DNA of 57,490 nt from Candidatus Nanopelagicales bacterium (GTDB taxonomy: Bacteria > Actinomycetota > Actinomycetes > S36-B12 > CAIYMF01): positions 1 to 57,490 of the forward strand of contig JBAVLA010000111.1 of assembly GCA_049688595.1 (NCBI GenBank), written 5' to 3'. The position numbers were made by a program, and so were the translations under genes. The notes below the pieces were generated by a model. It was not told the origin of the DNA, made no database searches, and saw only the letters and a list, made by a program, of their open reading frames with translations. This document shows positions 55,445 to 57,490 of this stretch, in pieces. Each line of letters opens with the position of its first letter. Position 1 is the first letter of the stretch.

Positions 55445-57490
55445 CTAGCGGTTGGCCCTCCTGGCGCGGCGGAGCCTGCGGATGCCGTGCACCAGCACCG
55501 CCAGCACGAGCAGGGCCAAGGCGACTCGGACCAGGATGCGCGTCGCATTGGCGTAGGCCGAGGACTGGACCACCAGCTGGACGGGTTCCCCGTACGGGGT
55601 GCCATCCGTGGTGACCAACTGGATCGCCACGGGGATCTGTCCGCCGCCGGTGACCTCGGCGCTGACCGCAACTGATGTCCGCCGCTCCGGGGCCACGTCG
55701 AACGGTTCCACCGGGGCAGCCGTGAACACCTGCGGCGGGACTGAGGAGAAGGACAGGCCGACTGTGACCGAGCTGGGCCCGGAGTTCTCCACGGTGATCG
55801 GGATCGTGCCGGAGGAGCCGGAGACCGTGATCGATCCGCTGGACACCACGGAGACCGAGTCGATCAGGGCGCCGATCTGCTTGGTGGCCGCCCGTTGCAG
55901 CTCCCTTCGCGCGGACTTGCGGTCGCGGAAGTAGCTGCCCAGCTGGCGGGTCGGTGCCAGCGCGGCACTGACTGGTACGTCGCTCGGCCGCGTGGTGACG
56001 CTGCCATAGGTGGCCAGGTCGCTGAACTGGTCCTCGACGGAGGCGACGTGCGCGCGGGGGAGCTCTGGTCCGGACACCTCAGCGTCATAGGCCACGTGCG
56101 CCCTGCCGATGCTGCTCGGCTCGCGGGCCAATGCGTCGGCCATGCTCGTGGGGGCGATCCACGGCGTGGCGGAGACGAAGTCCACGACCATGCGCGCGGC
56201 GGCCTGTGACGGGGCCCAGTCCGTTGCCGGCACAGCGACGACCAGCCTCTGGCTGCTGGGCAGTTCACCGACGGTGACGAGCGTCTCGGCGAGGAGGCGT
56301 TGCCGCGCAGCGCTGACCTCGGGCTGGCTGCTCATCGGCATTGCCAGTGCGTCGGACAGGGCGGAGTCGTTCAGCAGCACCTTCAACTCGCCCTCGCTCG
56401 TGTCCAGCACGACATTGCCGCTCGGCGTGAAGGTGACTGGGGGCCGGGTCGGCATCGCCCAATCGTCGAGGACGACTGACCGCACGCCGCCCTCGGCCAG
56501 GTCCGCGAGGGTGGTGTCGTCGGCATTCCCCCCGGGCATGAGCACTGTCCGACTGGGCAGTGCCATGCCGATGGTCTGGGCTGTCCGGCTGTTGATGTCC
56601 CTGCGCTGCTTCAAGATCGTGTTGACCAGCTCGTCCCTGCTGGCCGCGACGAGGTCGGGCGTGGCGTAGAGGCCGGCCGTCGAGTTCGCGCTCGAGTCTC
56701 CCAGCGCAGCTGTGAGCTGGGCGAGCCAGCCGGCCACCTCCTTCTGCCTGGCGCCCTCTCCTGTCGAGCCGTCGTCGCCGCGGACCAGGTATCCGTCTGA
56801 CATGGCGTCGGCTGCCTCGGCGACCTCTGGGTCGAGGACCCAATTCAGTGCGTCCTTGCCCCGCGACCCGGCGTCGACCAGGACCGCCAGCCGTCCCGTG
56901 GGGGACATGTCGACGGCGAGCTCCTCGTCGGGCAGTACGCCCTCGGCGTCCCGGACCGGCCTGCCGGCCACCGGCCAGAGCATCGTCAGGAGCAGGGGCT
57001 CCGCGTTGGCCCCCTTCGGCCACCAGGGCAGGAAGGTGCGGTCCAGATCCTGTCGCTGGACTCCGGCCCCGGAATTGCCGAGCACCTCAGCGCCTATGAC
57101 GTACGCGCCCACTTCGGTCAGTCCGAGGTCGGCGATCTCGGCGCGCAGCGAGAACTCGGCTGAGGAGCCCGGCTCGAGCGTGCCTGCGACGTCCTGCCGG
57201 GCCCCCTCCACGCGAGTGCCGAAGCGGTTGCTGCTGCCGGAGACCACGCCCGGGATCTCCGATCGACCGGCCAGGGGCGTGGGGGAGATCCGCATTGCTG
57301 CGACCACCCCGGTGACTGCCGTGGTCGACGAGTTGGTGATGCTCCCGCGCAGCAGGACCGTGTCCTCCTCCTCGGGGATGGTCGGGGTGACGCTGCTGAT
57401 GCGGATGGACAGCACGCCTGCCCCAATCGCGGGCCGATCTGCCGCCGGGGGGCTCACCGTCCGGCCGTGGTCAACCCGAAGGCCGGCCGC
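55445..57490 (-). CDS. DUF6049-like large exported protein (N-terminus outside window)
   Basis: The frame stays open to the window edge. The C-terminus has the TM anchor 'ILVRVALALLVLAVLVHGIRRLRRARR'. Its position next to murJ matches the conserved actinobacterial neighbour. Confidence 0.65.
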   Translation of the reverse strand, partial: AAGLRVDHGRTVSPPAADRPAIGAGVLSIRISSVTPTIPEEEDTVLLRGSITNSSTTAVTGVVAAMRISPTPLAGRSEIPGVVSGSSNRFGTRVEGARQDVAGTLEPGSSAEFSLRAEIADLGLTEVGAYVIGAEVLGNSGAGVQRQDLDRTFLPWWPKGANAEPLLLTMLWPVAGRPVRDAEGVLPDEELAVDMSPTGRLAVLVDAGSRGKDALNWVLDPEVAEAADAMSDGYLVRGDDGSTGEGARQKEVAGWLAQLTAALGDSSANSTAGLYATPDLVAASRDELVNTILKQRRDINSRTAQTIGMALPSRTVLMPGGNADDTTLADLAEGGVRSVVLDDWAMPTRPPVTFTPSGNVVLDTSEGELKVLLNDSALSDALAMPMSSQPEVSAARQRLLAETLVTVGELPSSQRLVVAVPATDWAPSQAAARMVVDFVSATPWIAPTSMADALAREPSSIGRAHVAYDAEVSGPELPRAHVASVEDQFSDLATYGSVTTRPSDVPVSAALAPTRQLGSYFRDRKSARRELQRAATKQIGALIDSVSVVSSGSITVSGSSGTIPITVENSGPSSVTVGLSFSSVPPQVFTAAPVEPFDVAPERRTSVAVSAEVTGGGQIPVAIQLVTTDGTPYGEPVQLVVQSSAYANATRILVRVALALLVLAVLVHGIRRLRRARRANR

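Overview
High-G+C actinobacterial chromosome centred on the replication origin. The conserved core on the minus strand is dnaA-dnaN-recF-dciA(DUF721)-gyrB-gyrA-DUF3566, then tRNA-Ile/tRNA-Ala, ppiA, rhomboid, crgA, DUF881 and trpG/pabA. Diverging on the plus strand are rpmH-rnpA-yidD-yidC-jag-rsmG-parB. oriC, with multiple DnaA boxes, lies between dnaN and dnaA. The left flank holds a TagF-type teichoic-acid-like transferase, tRNA-Pro, asd, ask/lysC, recR, dnaX, ferritin, tRNA-Ser, pyrE and neighbours. The right flank holds cwlM-trxA-trxB, a pseudokinase, murJ and DUF6049. About 17 kb of non-core genes sits between parB and cwlM, and parA is absent. The standout inside that block is a four-gene minus-strand operon (39241-44396). 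It encodes a signal-peptide-less S8 subtilase, an APH-fold kinase, a putative HopA1-like lyase and a LanC-like cyclase, which resembles a three-component (class V-type) lanthionine synthetase. No small precursor gene is visible. Instead, the S8 protease ends in a roughly 100-aa tail with 13 near-periodic Cys, each preceded by Ser/Thr at -4 to -6. This suggests a protein-borne, multi-ring lanthionine substrate. Next to the operon are a convergent stand-alone I9-propeptide-like ORF and a symmetric four-copy ~27-bp repeat array. Many long antisense ORFs in the track are GC-driven shadows.
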